Source of the DNA: Tannerella sp. | GTDB lineage: Bacteria; Bacteroidota; Bacteroidia; Bacteroidales; Tannerellaceae | Reading direction: 5' to 3' | Length of the DNA: 64,000 nucleotides | Assembly (NCBI RefSeq): GCF_052170195.1 | Contig: NZ_JBQNAZ010000007.1 | Span: forward strand, 21,948-85,947 | In this document: positions 17,504 through 25,755 of the stretch, in pieces | Layout of the letters: every line of letters begins with the position of its first letter | How positions within the stretch are numbered: the stretch's first letter is position 1 | Notes under the pieces: generated by a model | The model's database searches: none | What the model saw: only the letters and a program-made list of their open reading frames with translations | Told to the model about the DNA's origin: nothing | Made by a program: the position numbers and the translations under genes

Positions 17504-20500
17504 ATGGAAAATGCATTGAACTATAAGAAAGGTCATTTTCTTCGGACCTTACGAAAATTATGCTTGAAAATCGGTTTGACAGTCATTGTCATGTTGTCTG
17601 TCTCGCCCGTTTTACAGGCTGATGTAACGCATTCGCAGAATGCAAAAATCAATCTTGCTCTTGAGAACGTAACGCTCCCCGATGTTTTTCGTGAGATCGA
17701 GAAACAGTCGGAGTATCGTTTCTTTTACAATCGTGCAATCGTAGATACGGAATCCAGACTGAATATCCGGACAGGCGAGAAAGAACTGCCGGAGGTGCTT
17801 AATCAGTTGTTCGGAAATACTGATATGAGTTACAAGCTGGTGGATAAGTATATTGTGATCACTCACAAAGAGAAGGCCGGAACAGGCAAATCCGCTTTGC
17901 AGCAGGTTGCCGACAAAAAATCGGTTTCCGGACGGATTACCGATGCACAAGGCGAACCCGTGATAGGCGCTAACGTCGTAGAGGCGGGAACGACTAACGG
18001 TACGGTAACGGATATCGACGGACGTTTTACGCTCGAAATTTCTGCCGGAGCAACCTTGCATGTCTCGTACATCGGTTATGTTGAACAGACTGTCTCTACT
18101 GCAGGAAAAGATGTGATCGATGTGATTCTTCGCGAAGATACAAAGGCGCTCGAAGAAGTGGTAGTGGTCGGTTACGGTGTGCAGAAGAAAGCGAACCTGA
18201 CCGGCTCCGTTTCGACCGTCAAATACAGTCAGGAACTGGAGAACCGGCCGATTACAGATCCTTCGCAGGCCCTTTCCGGAAAAGTATCTGGCGTATGGGC
18301 CAGCCAAAACTCCGGTGCTCCCGGTGCCGACGGTGCAACGATCCGTGTTCGTGGTTACGGCACGCTGAACAATACCGATCCGATGATACTCATTGACGGA
18401 GTGGAAGGACGTATGTCGGACGTGAATCCGAGCGACATCGCTTCGATCACGGTTCTTAAAGATGCGGCATCGGCAGCGATCTACGGTTCTCGTGCGGCGA
18501 ACGGCGTCGTCCTGATCGAGACGAAGAAAGGTGAAGGCGAGCAGGTGCGTATCAATTATAACGGTTACTTCGGATTGCAGCAGCTCGGACGGAAATACGA
18601 TTTGATTACCGACAGTCCGCATTATATGCAGCTATGGAATAAAGCCGTCACAAACGAAGGCGGCGATCCGTTGTTCCCACAGGATGTGATCGATGCTTTT
18701 GCTTCCGGAAACGATTCGTATAAATATCCGAGTACGAACTATTTCGATGAAGTATTTCGCAATGCGTTTACGACACAGCATAACGTGTCCGCAACGTTTG
18801 GCGGAAAAAAATCGAACAGCTATCTTTCGATGGGTTACCTGAAAAACAACGGAACGATTAAAAACACCGATTCGGAACGCTATAACCTCTCAATTAACAG
18901 CGAAGCCAAAGTAGGCGACTGGCTGACCTTCGGCGGGAGAGGACGTGTGATGCGTACCGTATCGAATCAGTCGTTTGTCGATTATGACGGAGGTTACACC
19001 TCAGGGATCGAACGTGCTTTCTACATGATGTCTAACGGACATCCGTTCTCTACCCCCTATTTGCAGGACGGTAAGACATACGGAGGCACGCAGGCGCTCT
19101 ACCTTTCGGGACCGAAAGCCGGGCTGCCGATCGTCGATACCCGTAACCCGTTCCCCGATTTGTATAATGGAAAGAACGAAACGACAACGAACTTCCTCAA
19201 AGGAAATGTGTATGCTACATTACACCTGTTTGAGGGGCTGACACTGAGCGCGCATTACAGCGGGCAGTATTGGCATCGGAATATCGATAATTACAATCAA
19301 CTGGCAACCTGCTATACGGACCTGAACCGGTCGAACCCCACGAAGCCGCTCGATTATCCGTCTACGTTGGAAATATCGCGTATTATGGTCGATGAATATT
19401 ATTCGACATTCTTTACGAATTTGAATTACAATCGCGTGTTCAATAAGATTCATGATGTGAGTCTGTTGCTCGGATATCAGCAGGAGGCTACGACACGCCG
19501 CTATACGAAAGCGAAAAAAACGGATCCATCCAAGCCCGAACTGCATCAGATCGCTTCGGGAACGAAGAATCCTTTTGCCGATGGGAATAAATACATGTGG
19601 CGCATGATGTCGTGGTTCGGTCGGATCAACTACGCCCTGAATGGGAAATACCTGGCCGAGGTCAACCTGCGTGCCGACGCGTCTTCGCGTTTTGCCAAAG
19701 GACATCGCTGGGGTATCTTCCCGTCTTTCTCGGCCGGCTGGCGTCTGGGAGAAGAGCGGTTTATCAAAGACCTCGATCTGTTCAGCAATTTGAAATTGCG
19801 CGCTTCGTGGGGGAAACTCGGGAACCAGAACATCGGGAACATAGCCGATCCGAGCAATGCCGATTATTTCCCTTACCTGACTGTCCTTACACAGGATTAT
19901 CCGAACAGTCATAATTTCAACAATACGTTGGCGCCTGGAGCGGCCATCACCGCGCTTGTCGATCCGAATATTACGTGGGAAACGACGACCTCGACCGACT
20001 TCGGGTTCGATATGGGATTCCTGAATAATCGCCTGAATCTCGAAGCCGATTATTTCCGGCGTCTGACAACCGATATTATCGTACAACTTCCTATTCCGTC
20101 GGTTTTGGGAAATATGGGAGCGCCGTTCGAGAATGTCGGTAAAATGAAGAATACCGGAATGGAGCTGGGGATAACATGGCAAGATCAAGACAAAGGATCA
20201 GGCTTGTCATACAGCATCGGAGCGAATCTGACGTATGTAGACAACGAGGTAACGAAATTCCGCGGAGGCAAATCGCCGGACCAGCTTTTCCTTATCCGCG
20301 AAGGTTATTCGTATAAGACATTGTACGGCTTTATTCAGGAGGGTATCTATCAGACCGACGAAGAAGGTGCAACACACATGAAAAACAATAGCTTTAAGCC
20401 TAAAGCCGGCTATATTCGCTACAAGGACGTAAACGGAGACGGCAAACTGGATTATCGCGATAAAGAGGAAATCGGTAATACAATCCCGAAATTTACGTAT

Positions 20501-20968
20501 GGCATCAACGGAAGTCTGTCGTGGAAAGGTTTTGACCTGAATGTACAGTTCTCGGGAATAGCCGGAGTAAAGGGCTATTTTAGAAATGACTGGACTGTTC
20601 CATTGGGCGTATCCGGAGGAACGATCACGAAGAAGTGGGAAGGTGCATGGACACCGGAAAATAAGAACAATGAAATACCGCTGATTACGCTCGATGCCGA
20701 CTGGCATCGTCAGGAATCATCGTTCTGGTCGGCCAACATGTCGTTTTTTAAGTTGAAAAATATTCAGTTAGGATACAACGTGCCGAGAGATATTACTCGT
20801 AGCCTGTTTTTGCAAAAGCTATACATTTATCTGAATGCAACGGATGTCTTCACGATCGTGAGCAGCAAATACGAAGGCTTTGATCCCGAAAGGGATTCGT
20901 TCGACAGAGGAGGCTATCACTATCCGATTCCTCGTGTTTTCTCTTTAGGACTGAATGTAAGTTTTTGA
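17504..20968 (+). CDS. SusC/RagA-family TonB-dependent outer-membrane transporter with N-terminal STN signalling domain
   Basis: 1154 aa. STN-like INLALENVTLPDVFREIEKQSEYRFFY, a carboxypeptidase-regulatory-like domain (GRITDAQGEPVIGANVVEAGTTNGTVTDIDGRF), a plug (VVVGYGVQKK...) and a C-terminal beta-barrel ending in F. Confidence 0.92.
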   Translation: MENALNYKKGHFLRTLRKLCLKIGLTVIVMLSVSPVLQADVTHSQNAKINLALENVTLPDVFREIEKQSEYRFFYNRAIVDTESRLNIRTGEKELPEVLNQLFGNTDMSYKLVDKYIVITHKEKAGTGKSALQQVADKKSVSGRITDAQGEPVIGANVVEAGTTNGTVTDIDGRFTLEISAGATLHVSYIGYVEQTVSTAGKDVIDVILREDTKALEEVVVVGYGVQKKANLTGSVSTVKYSQELENRPITDPSQALSGKVSGVWASQNSGAPGADGATIRVRGYGTLNNTDPMILIDGVEGRMSDVNPSDIASITVLKDAASAAIYGSRAANGVVLIETKKGEGEQVRINYNGYFGLQQLGRKYDLITDSPHYMQLWNKAVTNEGGDPLFPQDVIDAFASGNDSYKYPSTNYFDEVFRNAFTTQHNVSATFGGKKSNSYLSMGYLKNNGTIKNTDSERYNLSINSEAKVGDWLTFGGRGRVMRTVSNQSFVDYDGGYTSGIERAFYMMSNGHPFSTPYLQDGKTYGGTQALYLSGPKAGLPIVDTRNPFPDLYNGKNETTTNFLKGNVYATLHLFEGLTLSAHYSGQYWHRNIDNYNQLATCYTDLNRSNPTKPLDYPSTLEISRIMVDEYYSTFFTNLNYNRVFNKIHDVSLLLGYQQEATTRRYTKAKKTDPSKPELHQIASGTKNPFADGNKYMWRMMSWFGRINYALNGKYLAEVNLRADASSRFAKGHRWGIFPSFSAGWRLGEERFIKDLDLFSNLKLRASWGKLGNQNIGNIADPSNADYFPYLTVLTQDYPNSHNFNNTLAPGAAITALVDPNITWETTTSTDFGFDMGFLNNRLNLEADYFRRLTTDIIVQLPIPSVLGNMGAPFENVGKMKNTGMELGITWQDQDKGSGLSYSIGANLTYVDNEVTKFRGGKSPDQLFLIREGYSYKTLYGFIQEGIYQTDEEGATHMKNNSFKPKAGYIRYKDVNGDGKLDYRDKEEIGNTIPKFTYGINGSLSWKGFDLNVQFSGIAGVKGYFRNDWTVPLGVSGGTITKKWEGAWTPENKNNEIPLITLDADWHRQESSFWSANMSFFKLKNIQLGYNVPRDITRSLFLQKLYIYLNATDVFTIVSSKYEGFDPERDSFDRGGYHYPIPRVFSLGLNVSF

Positions 20969-20992
20969 TGTTTAACAATTCAAAATGAAAGA

Positions 20993-22528
20993 ATGATGAA
21001 AAAAATAATCTATATGATGCTCACCGTCACATTGACGGGACTCAGCTCATGCGAAAGTTATCTGGATGTATTACCGGATGATAAGATTACGAACGAGATC
21101 TTTTGGACTTCGCCCGACGATGCCCAACTGGCCTTGAACGGGGTGTACAGTGTGTTGAGAAATAATTTTGTGTACGGCTACGGAGGCGGCTATGACGCCT
21201 GTACGCCGAATGCCTATCAGTGGGCGCATTGGGAAGGCAAACAGAAACAGGTCGGTAACGGAACGATTACGTCCGGTATCGGAGGAATCGTTTCCAATCG
21301 CTGGAAATATTGTTACGGGGGAATTTACCGTGCAAATTACTTCCTGGAAAACGTAGATAAGATTCCGAATATGGACGCGGCAGCAAAAGAAGTGATGTTG
21401 GGCGAAGTATATTTCTTACGAGCTTTGTTCTACGATCTGCTGGTACGTTCGTATGGAGGCGTTCCGCTAATTCTCAAAACAATCACGCCGGAGGAAGGAC
21501 GTAAGGTAAGTCGCGCTTCCGCCGAAGATATCTGGAAACAGGTACGTCAAGACTTCGACGAAGCTATCAAGCGTCTGCCCAAAAACTCTCCGGATAATGG
21601 ACGGGCGACATTGGGCGCAGCCTTAGGGATGAAGATGAAAACGTATATGTACACCTCCGAATGGGACAAAGTGCTGGAATATTGCGATAAAATTGACGCG
21701 TTGAATAAATATAAGCTTTTCCCCACGTATTACGGGCTGTTCCAGTATGAAAACGAAGGCAATGCCGAAACGCTCTTTGCCCTGAGTTTTATGGACGGGG
21801 TGTTTCAGCAGGGAAGTATTTTCGACCGTTACTGGCAGCCCCAGAATCTGAAATACGGAATCGACGGCTCCAACTCGGTTGCGCCGACTCAATTGCTGGT
21901 CGATGAGTATGAAACGCTCGACGGTAGTCCGGTCGACAAGAACGATCCTTACAAAAACAGAGATCCTCGTCTGGATTTTACCATCCTGCGTCCGGGCGCT
22001 TATTTTCAGGGGCAGTTGTATCCGACCGAGATCAAGAACCATACGGGGCAGAAGGTCGGTTTCGGTATCCGTAAATATACGATCGAGACTATGCCGGTCG
22101 TAGGGCGTCAATCTCCTCTCGATTTTATGATTCTGCGTTATGGCGACGTGCTGTTGTGTCGCGCCGAAGCGATGATCGAGCTGAATAAGGATATCGACGG
22201 AGCGATTGATCTGATTAACCGTATCCGTACCGAACGCAAAGACGTGAAGATGCCGCCGGTGAAGAAGGGAGTAGGGCAGGCCGAAGCCCGGAAAGCGTTG
22301 CGTCATGAACGGCGCATCGAACTCGCACTCGAGGGGCAATTCTGGGATGATATCAAGCGCTGGAACGCCGGACCGGAATACTATCCGTGTGACGTGTTCG
22401 GAGCCTTGGGCGAAAAACTGGAGACAAAGTTTCCGAACGGATATAATGTAAAGAAAGACAATGTACTTCCGATTCCCGACAGTGAGATTTCACTCAACAA
22501 CAATTTGAAACAGAATGAAGGGTATTGA
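20993..22528 (+). CDS. RagB/SusD-family nutrient-binding outer-membrane lipoprotein
   Basis: Lipoprotein signal MMKKIIYMMLTVTLTGLSSCE. SusD-like motifs (YFLRALFYDLLVRSYGGVP; RHERRIELALEGQFWDDIKRW). Immediately downstream of SusC. Confidence 0.92.
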   Translation: MMKKIIYMMLTVTLTGLSSCESYLDVLPDDKITNEIFWTSPDDAQLALNGVYSVLRNNFVYGYGGGYDACTPNAYQWAHWEGKQKQVGNGTITSGIGGIVSNRWKYCYGGIYRANYFLENVDKIPNMDAAAKEVMLGEVYFLRALFYDLLVRSYGGVPLILKTITPEEGRKVSRASAEDIWKQVRQDFDEAIKRLPKNSPDNGRATLGAALGMKMKTYMYTSEWDKVLEYCDKIDALNKYKLFPTYYGLFQYENEGNAETLFALSFMDGVFQQGSIFDRYWQPQNLKYGIDGSNSVAPTQLLVDEYETLDGSPVDKNDPYKNRDPRLDFTILRPGAYFQGQLYPTEIKNHTGQKVGFGIRKYTIETMPVVGRQSPLDFMILRYGDVLLCRAEAMIELNKDIDGAIDLINRIRTERKDVKMPPVKKGVGQAEARKALRHERRIELALEGQFWDDIKRWNAGPEYYPCDVFGALGEKLETKFPNGYNVKKDNVLPIPDSEISLNNNLKQNEGY

Positions 22529-22547
22529 TAGGAAAGGAGGATCAGTT

Positions 22548-23534
22548 ATGAAATTATCGCGTCGTTCTTTTTTAGCGCAAAGCGCGGCCGGCATTGCGGC
22601 CGGATTGGGAGTACCGACATTTGCAGCAAACGCTGTCCCGGAAATTTCCGGGACAGCGTCCGGCAAGCAACAGATGCAGGGACGCCTCAAACTTGCGGTA
22701 TCAACGTATTCGTATTGGGGCTTCCGTGAACGTAAAGATTCCATCGAATCGTGTATTCTCAAAGCAGCCGATATGGGTATCGAAGGGGTCGATGTACTGC
22801 ATCGTCAGATGGAAAGCGAAGACAACAGTTATTTGCAGAAGCTGAAACGATTGGCCTACGAGAACGGAATCGCTCTGGTGTGCCTCTGCATTCATCAGGG
22901 ATGGGTGAACCCCGATAAGGAATATCGTCAGCGGATGGTAGATCATACAATCCGTTGCATCCAATTGGCTTATAAGATGGGAATTCCTGCGTTGCGTCTG
23001 AATTCGGGCACATGGGGAACCAGCGGATCGTTCGATAACCTGATGAAAGCGCGTGGAATTGAAAAGCCTGTTGAAGGATATACGGATAATGACGCGTTCG
23101 GGTGGGTAGAAGATGCGATCTACAAATGCCTGCCCGTAGCCGAAGAGTGTGGCGTGACGCTCGCTCTGGAGAATCACTGGGGTATCGCCGGTACACCCGA
23201 AGGGATGCTTCGTATCAAGAATGATGTCCGTTCCAACTGGTTGAAATTACTGGTAGATACGGGTAATTTCCTCGAAGAGCCTTATGACAAACTGGCTCAG
23301 GTGCTTCCCGAAGCGATTTTTATCTCGGCCAAGACGTATAACGGAGGAGGAACCTGGTACACGCTCGATCTGGACTATGATCGTATCATCAAACAGATTT
23401 ACGATGTCGGATTCAGAGGATACCTTACACTCGAGTTCGAAGGCAAGGAAAACCCCGATACGGCCGTACCTGCTTCGATAAAGATGCTGAAGGGCTATAT
23501 CGACAAGTATTACACGGACTATATCGCCCGGTAG
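22548..23534 (+). CDS. Tat-exported xylose-isomerase-like TIM-barrel protein (sugar phosphate isomerase/epimerase family)
   Basis: Twin-arginine signal MKLSRRSFLAQSAAGIAAGLGVPTFA. TLALENHWG and DTGNF are motifs typical of the AP-endonuclease-2/XylA-like TIM-barrel family. A GGAAAGGAGG purine run precedes the ATG. Confidence 0.8.
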   Translation: MKLSRRSFLAQSAAGIAAGLGVPTFAANAVPEISGTASGKQQMQGRLKLAVSTYSYWGFRERKDSIESCILKAADMGIEGVDVLHRQMESEDNSYLQKLKRLAYENGIALVCLCIHQGWVNPDKEYRQRMVDHTIRCIQLAYKMGIPALRLNSGTWGTSGSFDNLMKARGIEKPVEGYTDNDAFGWVEDAIYKCLPVAEECGVTLALENHWGIAGTPEGMLRIKNDVRSNWLKLLVDTGNFLEEPYDKLAQVLPEAIFISAKTYNGGGTWYTLDLDYDRIIKQIYDVGFRGYLTLEFEGKENPDTAVPASIKMLKGYIDKYYTDYIAR

Positions 23535-23557
23535 TTACGCTCTCTTCTCATAAAAAG

Positions 23558-23593
23558 AGCCTGCCCCACACGCCGTTGGGGTGGGCTTTTTTT
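23558..23593 (+). terminator. rho-independent terminator of the SusC/D locus
   Basis: Stem AGCC-TG-CCCCA / TGGGG-TG-GGCT followed by a T7 run. Confidence 0.7.
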
Positions 23594-23990
23594 GTAAGAG
23601 CAGTGTTTTTAGAAACTTTCGTTTTCTGTCATTTTTAACATAATGGGATGCAGCGTTCGACCGCTTGGTTTCATCATATACTCGTTATGCGTATAATTTA
23701 TTTGGATATGTTAATAACTGGTTGAACTTATCCGAATCTCTTCGTTTAATACGATGGGTGATTTTTTTTGTATATGGCTGATAAAAAGATTGACAAGGTC
23801 GTTTGGGTTGTTTAATCTCCGCATAAAAATCGGAGAATATGGAAGTGGAAATGTTAGTAACAAGGTGAAAAATAGTAGTCGGTATGCAAGATAAAAAGAA
23901 AGACACAGACGTTAAAGCGGAATGATTATTGCTGATGGCAAACGATTATCTAAAGCAATAACCACGTTTCTAATCAAAAAAAACTATTTG

Positions 23991-23998
23991 TATCTTTG
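23991..23998 (+). promoter_or_regulatory. -7 box (TATCTTTG) upstream of a 23-codon ORF and the lipoprotein gene
   Basis: TAtcTTTG lies 28 nt upstream of ATG 24026. Confidence 0.4.
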
Positions 23999-24149
23999 TC
24001 GTATCATATTTAAAAACAAAAAGCTATGAAAAAAACAACTGACACAGTGTTCTACAAACTGATGCACCTCGCAAACCGCACCGGAGGCGCAGCGTAAAAG
24101 AAATATCCGGAACGCGGAAAGCAAGTATAAACTTTAAAAATAAAAAAAC

Positions 24150-24485
24150 ATGAAAGCAAAAAACATTTTATGGATAGCTTCCCTGCTTCTGTTGATGGCA
24201 GGAACGGGGTGTGAAGTAAATAAATTAGAGAGCTCCGAAGAGCTTGGTGCTCGGACAGCAGAGGGCATAATGGTTTATGAGAATCCTGCGACAGACGGCT
24301 GTGGTTGGCTTGTACAGATCAATAATAAACCTTATTTCCCGGTAAACTTGGCTGATGAATACAAAATCGATAAGTTAAAAGTGTCTGTCGATTATCAGTT
24401 ATTAGATTCGAAATTCACTTGTTGGCCGGGTAGATTAATACCTGAAATTAAAATCGTCTCCATCAAAAAGATTCAACAGCCATAG
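24150..24485 (+). CDS. hypothetical small lipoprotein
   Basis: 111 aa. Lipobox LLLLMAGTGCE. Visibly lower GC than the flanking core genes. I recognise no family. Confidence 0.55.
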   Translation: MKAKNILWIASLLLLMAGTGCEVNKLESSEELGARTAEGIMVYENPATDGCGWLVQINNKPYFPVNLADEYKIDKLKVSVDYQLLDSKFTCWPGRLIPEIKIVSIKKIQQP

Positions 24486-24513
24486 AAAGAATATTTTATG
24501 TATAGTATATACA

Positions 24514-25131
24514 TTCCCGAACATGCCCAAAAGTATTCCCAAGGTCATCGGTGAGTATTTCCGAGCTTGTCAGCGAGTATTTCGGAAATACTTAACGGGT
24601 ATTTCGGAGCTTGTCGGCAGGTAGTTCCATTGCCACCCGACGGATGCCTCCGAGCTACCCGTCGGACGGTTCTTTATTACCCGTCGGGTAGCTCCGAACA
24701 TATCGACGAGTGATTCCGAAATACTCACCGATGACATCGGAACTACTTCGGGTACGTACCCGAACCACCCGACACCTGCTTCGGAACATATTCATGGGTG
24801 GCTCCGAACCGTATTAAATACCCCTCCGAACTATATTTAAGGTATTTCGGAATTATATTCCGGGTATTTCCGAACCTGATTTGGGTACGTTCCGAACCTA
24901 ATTCCGATACGTCTCAAACCACCCGTCGACAAGTTCCAAACCACCCATCGACAGGTTCCAAACTACCCGTCGATACGTTCCGAACGTATCGAAATACCCC
25001 TCCGAACCACCCGAAATCAGGTTCCGAACCGGTCATAATTTATTTCCGAACAGTATTAAATACCCTTCCGGACGTATCGAAATACCCTTCGGAACGTACC
25101 TGAATACCGTTCCGAACCACCCCCAAAGATT
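24514..25131. repeat. 22-bp-periodic array A (28 units) with TTC-N-GAA(C) core
   Basis: Core occurrences start at 24514, 24536, 24559, 24581, 24603, 24625, 24648, 24670, 24692, 24714, 24736, 24758, 24780, 24802, 24824, 24846, 24868, 24890, 24913, 24934, 24956, 24978, 25000, 25022, 25044, 25066, 25088 and 25110. Spacing is 22 bp, with a few compensating 21/23 steps. Confidence 0.9.
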
Positions 25132-25753
25132 ATTGGGAGGTGCTTTGCGTCATGATAAATTCGGGGGGCGCGATGTAGCCGATCGAACAGAGCGTGGCGT
25201 GCGGTGTGAGGGTTTCGCGGATCGACAGCCGTCTGAGTTGCGGATCGAACGAGACGATTTGCAGGTCGTTCCGCCAGTCGACCGCTCTTTTTCTCATCAT
25301 TTTAAATGCCGTTTCTTTCGCGCTCCAGCAAATTAACAACGTTTCGGTATCGGGATATTGGCCGATCAGGCGTTGCTCCGCCTTGCCGAGAAAGCGATCG
25401 TACAGCTTGCGGATACGTTCGGAGCGGTATTCGATATCAATGCCGATGCGGGGTTGCGTATCGAGCAGTACGGCGGCATAGCCTTTCGTGTGCGAGATGC
25501 TGATGTGCAGGTCTGCATCGGGCAGGTAAGGAATGCCGTCGGGATGATAGGCGACGGGTGTTTCACGGCCGAGCATGGTTTTCAACAATGTGCGCACGGC
25601 CAGCCATTCCGTTTGGCGGGTATCGGACTTGCAACCGGCCAGAAACGGCACGTAATCGTCTTTGCGCGTCAGCAGAGCCAGTAATTCATCGCGGCTTTCT
25701 TCGATTTTCCAGATTCCTCGCAGAGGAGTCGTATATTCGGGCAGAACGGGCAT
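25130..25753 (-). CDS. 4'-phosphopantetheinyl transferase superfamily protein (Sfp-type)
   Basis: 207 aa. ISISHTKGYAAVLL, GIDIEY and WSAKETAFK are PPTase motifs. Confidence 0.8.
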   Translation of the reverse strand: MPVLPEYTTPLRGIWKIEESRDELLALLTRKDDYVPFLAGCKSDTRQTEWLAVRTLLKTMLGRETPVAYHPDGIPYLPDADLHISISHTKGYAAVLLDTQPRIGIDIEYRSERIRKLYDRFLGKAEQRLIGQYPDTETLLICWSAKETAFKMMRKRAVDWRNDLQIVSFDPQLRRLSIRETLTPHATLCSIGYIAPPEFIMTQSTSQ

Positions 25754-25755
25754 GG

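Noticed and set aside
17612-18622. Long antisense ORFs inside well-supported genes: 17612..18622, 19220..20188, 20207..20707, 21623..22339, 22701..23177, 25558..26295, 28536..29399, 14531..15190, 9922..10506, 43981..44628, 52859..53518, 59568..60173, 63449..63949, 1316..1813 and 2263..2736.
   Set aside because: Each lies opposite a gene with clear family motifs. Their translations are low-complexity or Arg/Ser/Leu-rich with no recognisable domains. This is typical of shadow ORFs.
23685-23906. 73-aa minus-strand ORF in the gap between the SusC/D locus and the lipoprotein islet.
   Set aside because: It has no recognisable motif, promoter box or signal. It is AT-rich and its translation looks arbitrary. 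I left it uncalled, though a small real gene cannot be excluded.
24798-25103. Track ORF of 101 aa running through array A, and the 65-aa ORF 41727..41924 running into array B.
   Set aside because: The 22-bp period is out of frame, so the core is read in all three frames in rotation (FRT, SE, PN). There is no start context or signal. The homologous array B does not preserve the frame, with stops such as TGA and TAG in the equivalent units.
24514-25131. CRISPR array interpretation of the regularly spaced repeats. The same applies to 41803-42209.
   Set aside because: The conserved element is only about 8 bp and the period is 22 bp, against 28-37-bp repeats and a roughly 60-70-bp period for CRISPR. 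The inter-core segments are conserved and collinear between the two arrays instead of unique. No cas genes or leader are present.
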